A stretch of DNA of 64,000 bases. It comes from the human T2T-CHM13v2.0 reference genome, Homo sapiens. The position numbers and the translations under genes are program-made. The stretch lies in assembly GCF_009914755.1 (NCBI RefSeq), contig NC_060927.1; one strand, given 5' to 3'. A model generated the notes under the pieces. The model was not told where the DNA came from and did not search any database. It was given only the letters and a program-made list of their open reading frames with translations. This document shows, in pieces, positions 43,301-60,960 of the stretch. How positions within the stretch are numbered: the first letter of the stretch is position 1; every line of letters begins with the position of its first letter.

Positions 43301-45167
43301 TAAAAACTCCTTCAAAATATTCCTAGATTTGATAAATAAATTCAGCAAATTTTCAGGATACAAAATCAATGTACAAAAATTAGTAACATTTCTATAAACC
43401 AATAATGATCAAGCTGAGGACCAAATCAGGAAGTCAATCCCATTTACCATAGCTATTGTAAAGATACCTAGGAATGTATTTAACCAAGAAATTCAAAGAT
43501 CTCTGCAAGGAAAACTACAAAACACAAATGAAAGAAACTGTAGAAAACACAAACAAATGGAAAAGCATCCCATGCTCATGGATCAGAAAAATCAATATTA
43601 TTAAACTGACCATACAGTCCAAAGCAATCTACAAGGTCAATGTAATCCCCATCAAAATACCAACATCATTTTTCACAGAATTAGGAAAAACAATCCTGAA
43701 GTTTACACAGATCTCAAAAAGAGCCTGAATCACCAAAGCAATTCTAAGCAAAAAGAAAAAACTGGGAGCCATCACATTACCTGACTTAATTGTACTGCAA
43801 GGCTATACTAACCAAAATAGCATGGCACTAGTACTAACATAGACACATAAATCAATGGAAAAGAATAGAGAACCCAGAAATAAAACCACACACTTAAAGC
43901 CAACTGATCTTTGCAAAGTCAACAAAACATACACTGGGGAAGGGACAACCTAATCAATAAATGGAACTGGGAAATTTTTACTGCCATATGCAGAAGAATG
44001 GAACTGGACCCCTTATGTCCCATCATATACAAAAATTAACTCAAGATGGATTAAACACTTAAATGTAAGACTTGAAAATACAGGAATCCTAGAAGAAAAC
44101 CTAGGAAAATTTTTTCTGGACTTTGCTAGGCAAAGAATTTATGACTAAGACCTCAGAAGCAAATATAACAAAAGCTAAAATAGACAGATGGGATTTAATT
44201 AAACTAAAAAGCAAAAGAAATAATCAACAGCAGGAACAAACAACATGCAAAGTGGGAAAAATACTTGCAAACTATTCATATAACAAGGAACTAATCAGAA
44301 CCTACAAGGTACTCAGTTCAACAACAGCAAAACACAAATAATTCCATTAAAAAGTGGGCAAAGAACATGAAAAGACATTTTTTAAAGAAGCCATACAAAT
44401 GGCCAACAAGCATATGAAAAAATGCTCAACATCACTAATCATCAGAGAAATGCAAATTAAAACCACAATGAGATATTATCTTCTATCAGTCACAATGGCC
44501 ATTATTAAAATGTCAAAAAATAACAGATGTTGGTGAGGATACAGAGAAAAGGGAACTCTTATACCCTGTTGATTGGGAATGGAAATTGGTACAACCTCTA
44601 TGGAAAACAGTATGGAGAATTCTCAAATAACTAAAAATATAATTTTCATTCTATCCAGCAATTCCACTACTGGGTATATACCCAAAGGAAAAGAAATTAT
44701 TATATCAAAAAGATACCTGCACTTAGATGTTTATCACAGCACTATTCACAATACAAAGATATGGAACCAACCTATGTCCATCAACACACGATCAGATGTG
44801 GTAGATACATACCATAGAATACTACTCAGCCATGAAAAAGAATGAAATTATGTCTTTTGCAGCTACATGCATGGAACAGGAGGTCATTATCTAAAGTGAA
44901 ATAACTCAGAAACAGGAAGTCAAATACCTCATGTTCTCTCTTATAAGTGGGAGCTGAAAAATGTGCACACATAGGCATAGGGTATGGAATAATAGACATC
45001 GGAGACTCGAAATGGTGAGGGGGTGAAAGAAGAGTGAGGGATGCAAAATAACCTTAGGGGTACAATGTACACTATTTGGGTGATGGTTACACTACGAGCC
45101 CAGACTTCAGCACTATCCAGTATATGCATGTAACAAAACTGCATTTGTACCCCTTACATTTATATCC
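38971..45167 (+). mobile_element. Near full-length L1PB-like element (5'UTR, ORF1, ORF2, 3'UTR), decayed
   Basis: GC-richer 5'UTR 38980-40100; ORF2 peptides ([29 protein letters not shown]); 3' end 'gggtacaatgtacactatttgggtgatgg..cccagacttc'; degenerate 18-bp TSD. Confidence 0.85.
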
Positions 45168-45206
45168 AAAAAGTGAGTGAAATTTATTATTTTTCATAAT
45201 GGGCAA

Positions 45207-49669
<4,463 letters not shown>

Positions 49670-50403
49670 AAATAGATGTAAAAATATTAGCATTATGAAA
49701 TAAGAACTAAAAAAGTCTTTGAAATGTTACTAGCATTGAAGGTGGGGAAGAAAGCTTTTTTCATTTTATATCCTTTTATACTGTTTACATTTTTATTTCT
49801 TGGGTGTTTATTGCAATAAACATAAAAAATAGTGAAGTAAATACTAAATAAAGAGGTGGAAAGAGATTCTGTGGAAATATAAGCAAACCAAAAGCAGAAA
49901 GTAATACAGAATCCCAGGAAGAAAACAATTAGTAAAACAAAAGAGTACAGAAGATTCTACCCAAAGTGCTAATAATAGGTGATGGGATCATAGTATTTTT
50001 TACCTTTTCTTATCTGCATTTTCTAGTATTTATGCAGTAGTGACTGATTACCTATGTATTATTAGAAAAGAAAAAGAAATAAGAAAAAGTGAGAATAGCA
50101 TTATTTATTTCCACCAAGTTTCACAGTGAACACCCAGCATAGTAAATCTCTCTCCCCTAGGATATCCACCATGCTGACCACCTGGCCTCCTAGCCCTGCC
50201 AGGCCTGAAATTCCATCATTCTACAGCTCTGCACCTACCTGGGAATTATTCCCTCTGTCCTAGAGCTCACTCTACTGTTCCTACATTTCCTAATTCTGCC
50301 CCTTACATTTTTCTTCCCTATTTAACAGCATTAAAGACATAAACCTTCACAAGATCATAGGATTTCTTTTTTTTTTTTATAACTGGACTCATTTGGAGGG
50401 TGC

Positions 50404-50405
<2 letters not shown>

Positions 50406-50461
<56 letters not shown>
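50406..50461. repeat. Compound microsatellite (CA)n(CAG)7
   Basis: Visible. Confidence 0.95.
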
Positions 50462-50914
50462 GAAAATAATTAATGAAATCACAGCAAAGGAAATTTAAGA
50501 TATGAGATGTGGTTGGAACCCAACACACACAAGTCCTGTACACTGTACTAAGATGAGCCAAAAATTGTGGATTTGAGCTTTCCAACACTCTCCCATCACC
50601 AGAAAAGGGGGAGAAATGCTCGATTAAAAGATTCAGAGAATCCATGAGTTAGGAAACAAACTTCATACTGATATGTGGCTGTTGGTGTTTAAGAGAACCA
50701 CAGTCTTATCTGACAAGGCAAGCTGAAAGACGTTTCCTTTGGAAGCCCTGGGTCCAGGGTCGTTAAGAAGCAATGTGTTCCTTTGAGCTTGAAGCCCTTC
50801 TGTTCCTTCCCCCTGGACCTGAATGTCTCATTCCCTTAGGGCTCTCACTTCACAGTGCACTCCTGGTGCCAATTACAGTTTCATGACTGGCCTGGCCTAA
50901 AAAATATTCTATTA

Positions 50915-51050
50915 GGCTGGATGCGGTGGTTCATGTCTGCAATCCTACCACTTTGAGAGGCCAAGGTGGGAAGACTGTTTAAGCCCAAGAGTTCAAGACG
51001 AGCCTAGGCAATATAGAGAGACCCTGTCTCTAAAAAAATAAACATAAAAA
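50915..51050 (+). mobile_element. Alu monomer (FLAM-like)
   Basis: Single left arm with A tail; degenerate TSD aaaaatattctatta/aaaaaacttctgcta. Confidence 0.8.
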
Positions 51051-52344
51051 ATAAAAAACTTCTGCTAGTTTATCCTCCCCATCTGACAGACCAATCAGGA
51101 AATTGATACCCTAATAGCCTTCTAAGTTATTCCTACATAAACCCACCCTGCCCCTGAACAAGTGGCATTTGTAAAAGTTGAGTAGACATGAGGGAAATAA
51201 GAACAAAGAAATGTCAGAATGCTACCAAATTTATGCTTTTTAGCTGCACATTTAATTATGAAAACCTGCAAGTATTTTTAGAGAAGTACTGTATTTGGCA
51301 GACTTTTAAAGAAAATTTACAAAAGATTTATGTTTACCAAAAAAAGACAAATGATCACCTAAGTGCACCAGATATTTAAGCATTCAGTCTAGTCATCTTT
51401 AAGATATCAAGCACCTTTATGTCAACTTTAAAAAAGAAAAATCTTAATCAAGACAATAGAAACAATTCAATTGATTCCTAGAACATTTGCTCAAGGAATT
51501 ATTTAAATACACCAAAAAGACTTCAAAAACCCGAAGAGTAATATATGTTTTCTGATAAATCCAGGCAACGTATGACAAAAGGAGCTTTTCCTGACAGTCC
51601 AGTACAACTGCAATTTCAGATCTAAAGGTTATGTCATCAAATCATCAAATACAATTTATTAACCGCCCCCAGGAGCAGGGCACACAGCAGCGCAGTGTCA
51701 ACCAGTGACAGTGGTGCTCACGCTCATCAACACGAACGTGAACAACCTAATCTCTGCGTGTGGGAGAGAAACAATAAAATGGCAACAGTCTGCACAGAAA
51801 TCGTTTAGCAAAATGGAAAAAAAAATGTCAATTCTTAGCCAAATAAAAAATTCAATTTAAGAAATTTAACCAGTTGCATTTAGAGAAATCTGCCTGCATG
51901 CTTGCCCCAACCCCTGAAAAATCATCCCTCTGTGTTCTATCTATTCAAGTATTTAGGTTACACATCTGTGATTTTCATATTTTTTTCTTTAAGAGTTGAG
52001 ACTGATACCCTGTCATAGCTTGTCTAATTGCAGCTGTAACAATGTTGAAATCCTCAAAGGCATAAATGGTAAATATTTATCACTTAATTAATGGTAATAT
52101 TTTAGGATGTTTATGACAACTCTCAAGATGATTGACAACATGATGGGGCTACTGCAAACCAGAATTTGGATTTCATGATATGGAGTAGTGGTAAGGATGA
52201 AGATCAGGTTGAAATTAATCCAGACCTTAAACTGAAGCTCAGTCTCACTTAGTTAACTCATCAGAAAATGCTGTCAATCAAGGCTTTTAGTAGGATATAA
52301 TATGGCAGCCAACAGGCAAAGATGACCAATTTTAGGATATGCAA

Positions 52345-52916
52345 TGTGGCAGCTTGTTTTTCCCAAGGATGGCCCCAATAGCTCCCATCCCACATGCTCT
52401 TGACCCTGCCATGCTGCATCAGGAGATGGAGTCTAATTGCCCTCTCCTTGAATTTGTGCTGTCTTGATGACCTACTTGTTAATGACTGAATAAAATGAAA
52501 GTGTTGCTGCTTGAGTTTCGAGACAAAGTCAGTAAAGGCCATGAAGCCTCTACCTGGTTCTCATGCAACATTCACTCCAGGGGAAGTCAACTGCCATGTA
52601 ATAAGTTTAATAATTCTGAGACCACTATGGTAAAGAGGCCACAGATAATTGCTCCTTTAGGTAGTCCCAGCTGATCCCAGCTTTCATCCATCCTTCCAAG
52701 ACATCAGACACGTCAGTGGTCTTGGACTCTTCAGAATAACTATCCAGCAGCTGAACCACAGAATGACCTCATCTCATGCTACAGGGAGCCAGAGAGTCAC
52801 CCAGCCAAGCCCTGCCTGCCTATCAGACCCACCAAAGGAGATATAATAAAAACAGTTATTGTTTTAAGCCACTAAATTTTTGGTAGGGTTTTCCACAGCA
52901 GTAGATAACCAGGACA
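52345..52916 (+). mobile_element. MLT1 (G/H-like) solo LTR
   Basis: tgtggcag..caggagatggagtcta..gttttaagccactaaatttttgg..cagcagtagataaccaggaca. Confidence 0.75.
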
Positions 52917-53518
52917 TGGAGGCAAAATATTACCAGCCACAGCAGGAAGCATCTGGAGACCCATCCACAGCCATGGCCATGCTCTCTCTGCAAAATCTCC
53001 ATGAGATTCCACACAGGCCAGGCTCTGGTCATGTGGGGCAACTTCACTCTCCGTGAAAGTGTTTATTTGAATGCCAAGAGACCCTAGTGCATTTAGGTAC
53101 TTTTTTCACATCATTAACCATTTGACAGGGATGCTCAGAGTGCAGAGGATACTAACAGATTAAAAGCTTCTACCCACAGAGGAGGAATCAGAAATTAAAA
53201 TAAGACATTTCTGAAATTGTCATGTGAGTTGGTGAGTAAACCCATCTTGTTCTACGTGAAACTTAAAAAATATTTTCACGGATTAAATGAGAAGAACTAA
53301 AAACAGTTGTTAACTCTATGTTCTCTGAATGCTGATTTATATTCAGAATATATTTCCCAAAATGTTCTAAGCATGAGTCCCAATAACGCTTATCTAATCT
53401 ATAAGCCCCATAGGCCAGGGCTATGAGCTAAGGAAAGAGAAGGATTAAAAAAAAAAAATCTATCTCTTCTTTGGGAGCTGGGCCAGTGCTAGAAGAAATT
53501 TAAGAATATGTAGTTTTG

Positions 53519-53883
<365 letters not shown>

Positions 53884-54344
53884 CTAGCAGTGGAATTACT
53901 TCAAGCCTACCCTCAACTCCAGCACCTTCCACCCCGGTAGGGCATGTTCTAAAATTACTTATCAAATTTCTTCCCCCAACCCCCAGGGAATAAATTCTTA
54001 CTAAGATAAATGGTTGATTGCCTCCTTCTGCCTTTATTTACATTACTGGGATTTCCGGCTGCTTGGTGAAGTGAAGAGAAAATGATCAGGGGACCAGCCA
54101 GCAGACAGAACAGCTCTCCCATGAGCGTCTTCTGGTTTTTCACAGCGCCGTTTTCCCTCCCCTTCTGAACCTGTGGATTATTTCTAGCTCCATGGTGGTG
54201 ACTACAATAAGGAAGTCAGTGATGGAGATAAGGGTTAGCCTAAGGGTAAACTCACCTAAGTTTGGGTAGTTTGCAAATGGAAAACTTCACATGTAATCTT
54301 CATCCAAAAGGTGAAGTCAACAGAGGATAGTTCCAAAACCATGC

Positions 54345-54525
54345 AATGTTTAACAACTGGTGCTCTGAAGAACAAGCCCTGAGTTGTTGCATTTGGCAAT
54401 TTCCATGGTGTAAATGCTCCCACCACGACTGATTTTAAGATACCAATGTGCCATCACCAAAAAATGGACTTAGGTAACGATGTACATAATCACATCTCCT
54501 CAACCAGGAAGAGCCAGCTTCAGCC
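54345..54525. mobile_element. MER63A-like element
   Basis: 'aatgtttaacaactgg..ttccatggtgtaaatgctcccacc..gagccagcttcagc'. Confidence 0.55.
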
Positions 54526-56559
54526 ATCATAGCGGCATCTATGACAATCATGTCTTACTCCCAAGCCCAAGCAGATAAGATAAACTGGAGATGGGTTTCT
54601 ACCAGGAAGCTATTTTTGAGAAGAAATTGTTCATCAAAGTCTAAAAGATACAGATCAACTTTTGTCCATGCACAGCACTGCTCACTTCCCTGCCCCTAAA
54701 GTCCTTCTCTTTTCACACCTGGAACCACTTGGTTTTAAACAGATTGCTTAAGTGCCAGTGTCCACAGGGGGCTCCTTTCTGGTAATCATGTTCCTGGTTT
54801 GCTTTGTGTGTCCAAGTCCCTGTCTCCACAACTTGTCCATCCTCCAAGTGACTCTTGGTCCCTCGCCTCTGTCCCTAGAGACTGGTGCCCTGACTCAAGC
54901 CATTCCCTACGGCCAGAGCCCTGCTCCTTGTTGACTGGTATCCCCAAGGCTGATCCAGGCTGTGCTGTTTGGAGAAGGAAAAGGACTTCAACAAGTCTTG
55001 AGTGCCATGTTGTTTCAGGCATCCAGCCAGTGTGGGAAATGGATTCTCTCTGCCTTATAGGTGAAGACCCTGAGGTCTACATGCACTCCCGACATTGTAC
55101 AACTTTACAAGGGCAGAGCCAAATTTCAAACCAGATTGGTTGAAACCAAAGACCAGCTGTCTGATCTTAATACTCCCCCCAACCCCATTATACTGTTTGT
55201 ATTTCCCAGGAACCTAGAGTCCAGAAGAGATGATCTAAGGATTCCACAAATATTGTATGCAACTTTTCTTTTAATATATTTTAATCATTTATGTAGAAAT
55301 TTACAAATTAAAGCAATATGTAAAGTCGATGTATTTTATATCAAATATGGGTAACCCATGTTGACAGGTTAGCTCATGCGTCTGCTTCAAAATAAAGCTT
55401 CCTTATTATTTTATGAATATGTAGATTTTAAAATAAAGTTTCCTCATCTCATTGATGTATTTACACTTGTCATGTATAAAATTGTGCATACGAACAGAAG
55501 TGGGGCAAAATTATTACACCACGGCAAGTGCCAGGATTTTTTGTTTATTCATCTTACCAAAGTTGGATGTATGCTTCAGGAAGGCAGAGACTTTGTTCTG
55601 CTTATTGCTACATCCGAGGTGCCCAACTCAGTGCCTGGTATAGAAGGTGCTCAATGAATTTTTTCAAATGAATAGATGAGCAAATAAATGAATGAAAAGT
55701 GAAAATTAATTTGACTGTTTTGAAATTTTGAGTGGCTGTATGGCAGAGACAGGTACTAGAATATATGAGAGTTTTTAATGATATTGTTAAACATCTCATA
55801 ATGTTACAACATAAATTTGGAAAGTGTTTTCTACCATACAGTTGTGATTTTAAACTAAAGAACCCATTCATCAATTTCCTCCAGCTTGTACACTTACCAG
55901 TTAAGGAATGCAGGCCATTCTGAGAGACTGAGAGTAACTCAACTCTGGAACAAAACTATCTTACCACTTCTCTTTCAAATCTCTGGAGTAGTTTAATGGA
56001 AGAGGATACTGAGCTCATGAGACAAGCTTTCGGGAATTAATATGTACAACTATCTAGCTGTGTGAATCGGGACTTTTTCAATATCATGCAGCCTAACAAA
56101 ATGCAGGCATAAATAGAATACTGAGACTGAACTGAGACTGCCAATATTACCCAAAAAAAAACTGATCTCAAAGTCTGTATTCATCTAAACAGCCTCATTT
56201 TTCTTACTATCTGGTTACCAATGAGTGAATATCATACATTTAAACTTATAAAATCAATTCATTCCAATCAAACCTTACCTGTTTTACAAGCCAAGGTTCT
56301 TTTGTCATTTGAGAGAAATAAAGAATTTCACTGATAAAAAAATTTAAAATTGGAAAACAATGGCCCTACACCATAGTGTTTCCATTCTCCTGAACCGCAG
56401 CAATTGCCTGCTCTAGGATGCTCTTTCATGGTGTTTGGAGGTCAACCCCATCTGCTGAAACCACCCACAGCACCTCACTCATGTGCAGCTTCGTAGGTGA
56501 GATGAGTCCTCAGCCCTCTTCTGTGGACCCTAACCCATGGTGGTCAGGGCAGCCAGGAG

Positions 56560-56740
56560 AGCACAGGCTTGCAGCCAAGGGCCTTGGGTTTACTCCATCT
56601 CCGCCACTTACCAGTTGTGGACAAGCAACTAACTTCTCAAACATCGGTTTCTTCACCTGGTGAAATAATCACGTTAACCACTTCATAGGGTTGTTGTCAG
56701 GATTAAACAGATAATTTGGGCAAAGCATTTGTAACAGAAC
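56560..56740 (+). mobile_element. MIR
   Basis: 'ccacttaccagttgtggacaagc..cttcatagggttgttgtcaggattaaa'. Confidence 0.7.
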
Positions 56741-57304
56741 AGATATTATCATGATGATTATTTCTATTTTTATTATCATTATATTTTAGCTCTTAGGCTT
56801 AATCCACATACATAAGGCACCTTGCTTTATGCCTGTTTGATAAATGTGTTCAGAAATATCTAGGAAAATATTAATTAATTATAGCTAAACAGAAAAGCAT
56901 AAAGGATTATATAATGGATTGCAGTATTGCCGAGTTTTGTCATTTCACGTTTGATTAGTACAATGTTTCAGAAGGATGCTATCCAGCCTCAGTGTTCCAA
57001 GTGGCAAGAAAGGGCCCAATCATGCAAACCATTATCACTGATGTACATTTGATCTCCACCATCATTCCTCACTGCTTATCTGTGGATTGTTTCAAAGTAG
57101 TAAAGCAAAAAAAAAAAAAAACAACAAAAAATCCAAATGTTCCTAACTTTAAAATGTATTCATGCACATCCAGATCCTGAGACAGGAAGGAGCTTGAGAA
57201 GTCACAGTGTCCACAACCCTGCCCCTGGGAAGGGCACTCGAAAGGTTTTTATGAGCTTCCCAGGGAAGGGAAGCTACTGAGGGGAGCCCCTGAGCTAGAG
57301 GTAG

Positions 57305-57813
<509 letters not shown>

Positions 57814-58221
57814 TAGCCATCCCTTTTAAAAGAACCTCTCTAGCTTCTTCAAGTCAGACTCCTACTCTGACCCTTCTCAGATCCCTACCATCTGCCAGTA
57901 CCCTGACCCAACCTTGTTGCCAACAAAATCACTGCCTCACAGAGGAAAAGAAAGCTAAGAAAGGAGGCTGAGGGGCCTTTAAAAACCACTTGACCCCTCT
58001 CACTGGATAGTGACAGCCCCTGGGTCTGGGATACTCATTCACATGCCCAGCCATCACCTACTGAGTGCCTGCTATGCTCAGGTGCTGTGCTAGACATCAG
58101 GCATTTGAACGCGGAGAAAGCAGAGCACCTGAGTCAACTTGCTCATGGTATAGGGAGTGACACAGCGTGCAGAGTAAGAGGGAAACATGAGGGCTGTCAA
58201 GGGCACCTCACTCAGACCAGG

Positions 58222-58641
58222 AGTTTCACAAGCTGGGGCTCCTCGGAAAGCAGACTGATGTGGAGTCAGCAGGCAGGGTTTATTAAAGAGTGTCTTTGGG
58301 ACTGACCTCTGTAGAAGGAAGGGGACAGAAGCAGGGTTGGGCAGAGGGAGGATTTGATCCATGATCAGACCCAACAAAAGTCTTGGGCAACAACATGGAG
58401 GCCTCTGAAGCTAAAACAGCCCAATGCAGTTTTAGGTCTTTCTACTGTTGCATCAACCCATCATTGAATTGAGCCATACTAATAACAGGCATGAGCTTGA
58501 GCAGGGTGGCTTTCTGCAGATGAGGCAATTCCTGAGGGGGCTGACAGCAGAGTGCTACTACTGACCACAAACCCCACAGCTGGGGCCACACATCCTTTGA
58601 TAAAGGGGGGATCTGGATGGCATCAGGCAGTGTCAACCACA
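58222..58641 (-). mobile_element. LTR16-like solo LTR inside an L2 fragment
   Basis: 'gggtttattaaagagtgtctttggga..agaagcagggttgggcagagggag..aaggggggatctgg..caaccaca'. Confidence 0.6.
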
Positions 58642-60436
58642 GGAGCCAAGAAACGTCTAAGAGGAGGTGATTCCTGACATGAGTCTTAAAGGAGAAGCAG
58701 GAGTGAGCCAGGTGAGGAGCAGGGATGGAGGCTCCTGGAAAAGGACACCTGAAGGATAAAGCAGCAGGCTGTTTGGTCCCCACCATGTGTCATCAAAATG
58801 GGCGTGAGCTCAATGCCAGACACAAACTGGTTTAGAATTAGCTGTCCCCTTTAACTACAGCTAAACAAGCTACTTTTCCATTCCACCCACTCTTCCAAAC
58901 ACCATTTTATGAGCCATTCACAGTTCTACATGCTGAGAATAGTAGATGAACTTCTGGGCCTGCCTTGACCCCAAAGAAGAGGCTCCCAGGCTGGGATGGA
59001 ACTTCAGATGGTGGGAAGACAGAGCCAGAGATGTGAGTAGGGCACAAGGGCAGCAAGACAGGGCTGGAGCTGCTTGGAAAAAGTGGCCCCAGAATCCCAT
59101 TGTGTTGCTTATGGGACAGAGTCCCTTTTCTGGAGAGTGAATCTTGACAAAGGGCCAGCAGCCTTTTGGATCAAGCTCCCGTGGGGAAGTGTCAACCTGC
59201 CAGAAACCCTGTTTCTCAGGCCACACCAGCCTGAGTAGGAAGTGAGCCTCACAATTCTGCACTCAGGAGTGCCGCCACCACTTTTCCCCAATTCTAGTTC
59301 CTCCCATGTCTACCAAACATTCTCCAAATCTCTCTAGGAAGTCCTGGGGTGATGCGTGGGTGCTGCACTCTAGACATCTTGAGACATGCCCTCCTCCTCC
59401 TCCTCCATCCTCTTCTCCTCTTCTTTGTTCTCCAATGCTTGTGCTGCTGTTCATAGATATCCCCTCTCAGTGTCTGCTGATGCCAGAACAGAGGAATCCG
59501 ATGTTAGGTCACTCTCAGCGAAGGCCAGTGTCCACAGTGAAGGCTCTACACAGTCCCTCCTTGCTCAAAGTTGCTCACCCCCACGTCACTGAAGCTTCAG
59601 CTCTCAGGACCGTGTGCCATAGTGGGGAAACAGTCATATTTAAGAGACTGTAGGATCCAGTCAAAACCACCTCTCCCTATTGCCCTGGTTTTTTATGTTG
59701 ACAACAAAATCACGTGCCTCCATGTTCTCTTGCTTTTCCTGGGAGATAGCTTGGTACCTTGTGAAAAAAGGTCCCTGAGGACAAATCCCTGGGGTAGCGC
59801 AGCTTCTCTCAAACTGGACCCAAGTTTTGTAAGGAAAAATAATAATAATTTTCCAGCCACTAGATAAGCTCCCACAGCCCAATATCCCAGGATGAGAAGC
59901 ATTACCAAGTGTAAAATGAGGAAACCCGGGTCAGCATTGCCCCAAGGGTGTTCTGGTGATGGTAGAAAAATGGAGGTAAAATATTCGAAAAATATTTGAA
60001 AAATAAAAGATATGCCAAGTTAAACAGATTCATTTCCTATTGGACTTCTCAGAACCTTTGGCATTCCAACACACAGCGTGAATCTCCAGGAGGGGTATGT
60101 AGACACACCAGCACCCATGCTCCTGTGTATACAGGCTCCTTGGCTCTAGATCATCTCTGGGGCCCACTGCTCTGCAGAACACATTTTAGGTCTCCAGTCA
60201 AATGCCCCAATTGCAGAGATCATTCTGTGTCATTTCATGGATTGGAGAATGATGAGCAAGAAACAGGACAGCTGCCTGGGTGGGGCTGCCACTCAGGCCA
60301 AGGCACAAGTCATCCAAGGAAGCCAGGTGCCCCAGCTGAGGCCTTGGCTACCCAATAGCTGGGATCCCAGCTCTGCTCCCTACTCTTGCTCTGCTGCTGC
60401 CTCAGAGGCAGGGCTTCCCCAGGAACATTCCTGAAC

Positions 60437-60960
60437 TAGCCAGGATTTTTTCAAGTGAAAAGGACAGAACCTCTACTCAAGCTGGTTCAACAAAAAAGTC
60501 AAGGTAAAGCTTTTATTGGCTCATGTAACTAAAAAGTCCAGAGATAAGCCTAGCCTCAAGAGAAGCTTGGTCCAGAGCTTTGCTCTCTTTCCATCCCTCA
60601 ATTTGCTTTCCCCAGTGTTAGCTGCATTCTTATGCACACTTTTTCTTTGCAGTGGCTTTTAGAAGCTTCAGGCTTATATTCTGCTGTCTTAACAATTCCC
60701 ATTAGTAAATATAAAGCTTCTACTGTCCCATATTTCCTGTGAAATGCTAGATTTGCACCTCAGTGACTTGGATGGTGTTACATACCCAACGTTGAGCCAA
60801 TAGCTGTGGCCATGGACATGAATTGTCTAGGCCTTTGACATGTGCTGGAGAAGACATGCACTGGCCTGGCAGTGGGGAAAGAAATGGTTCCCCAAAGGAA
60901 AACCAAGGAACAGCTTCAGGATGGGAAAATGGATGCTGTACGTACAGCAACATCCCACTA
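60437..60960 (-). mobile_element. Old MLT1 (J/K/L-like) LTR
   Basis: 'gacagaacctctactcaagctgg..tttattggctcatgtaactaaaaagtccag'. Confidence 0.55.
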
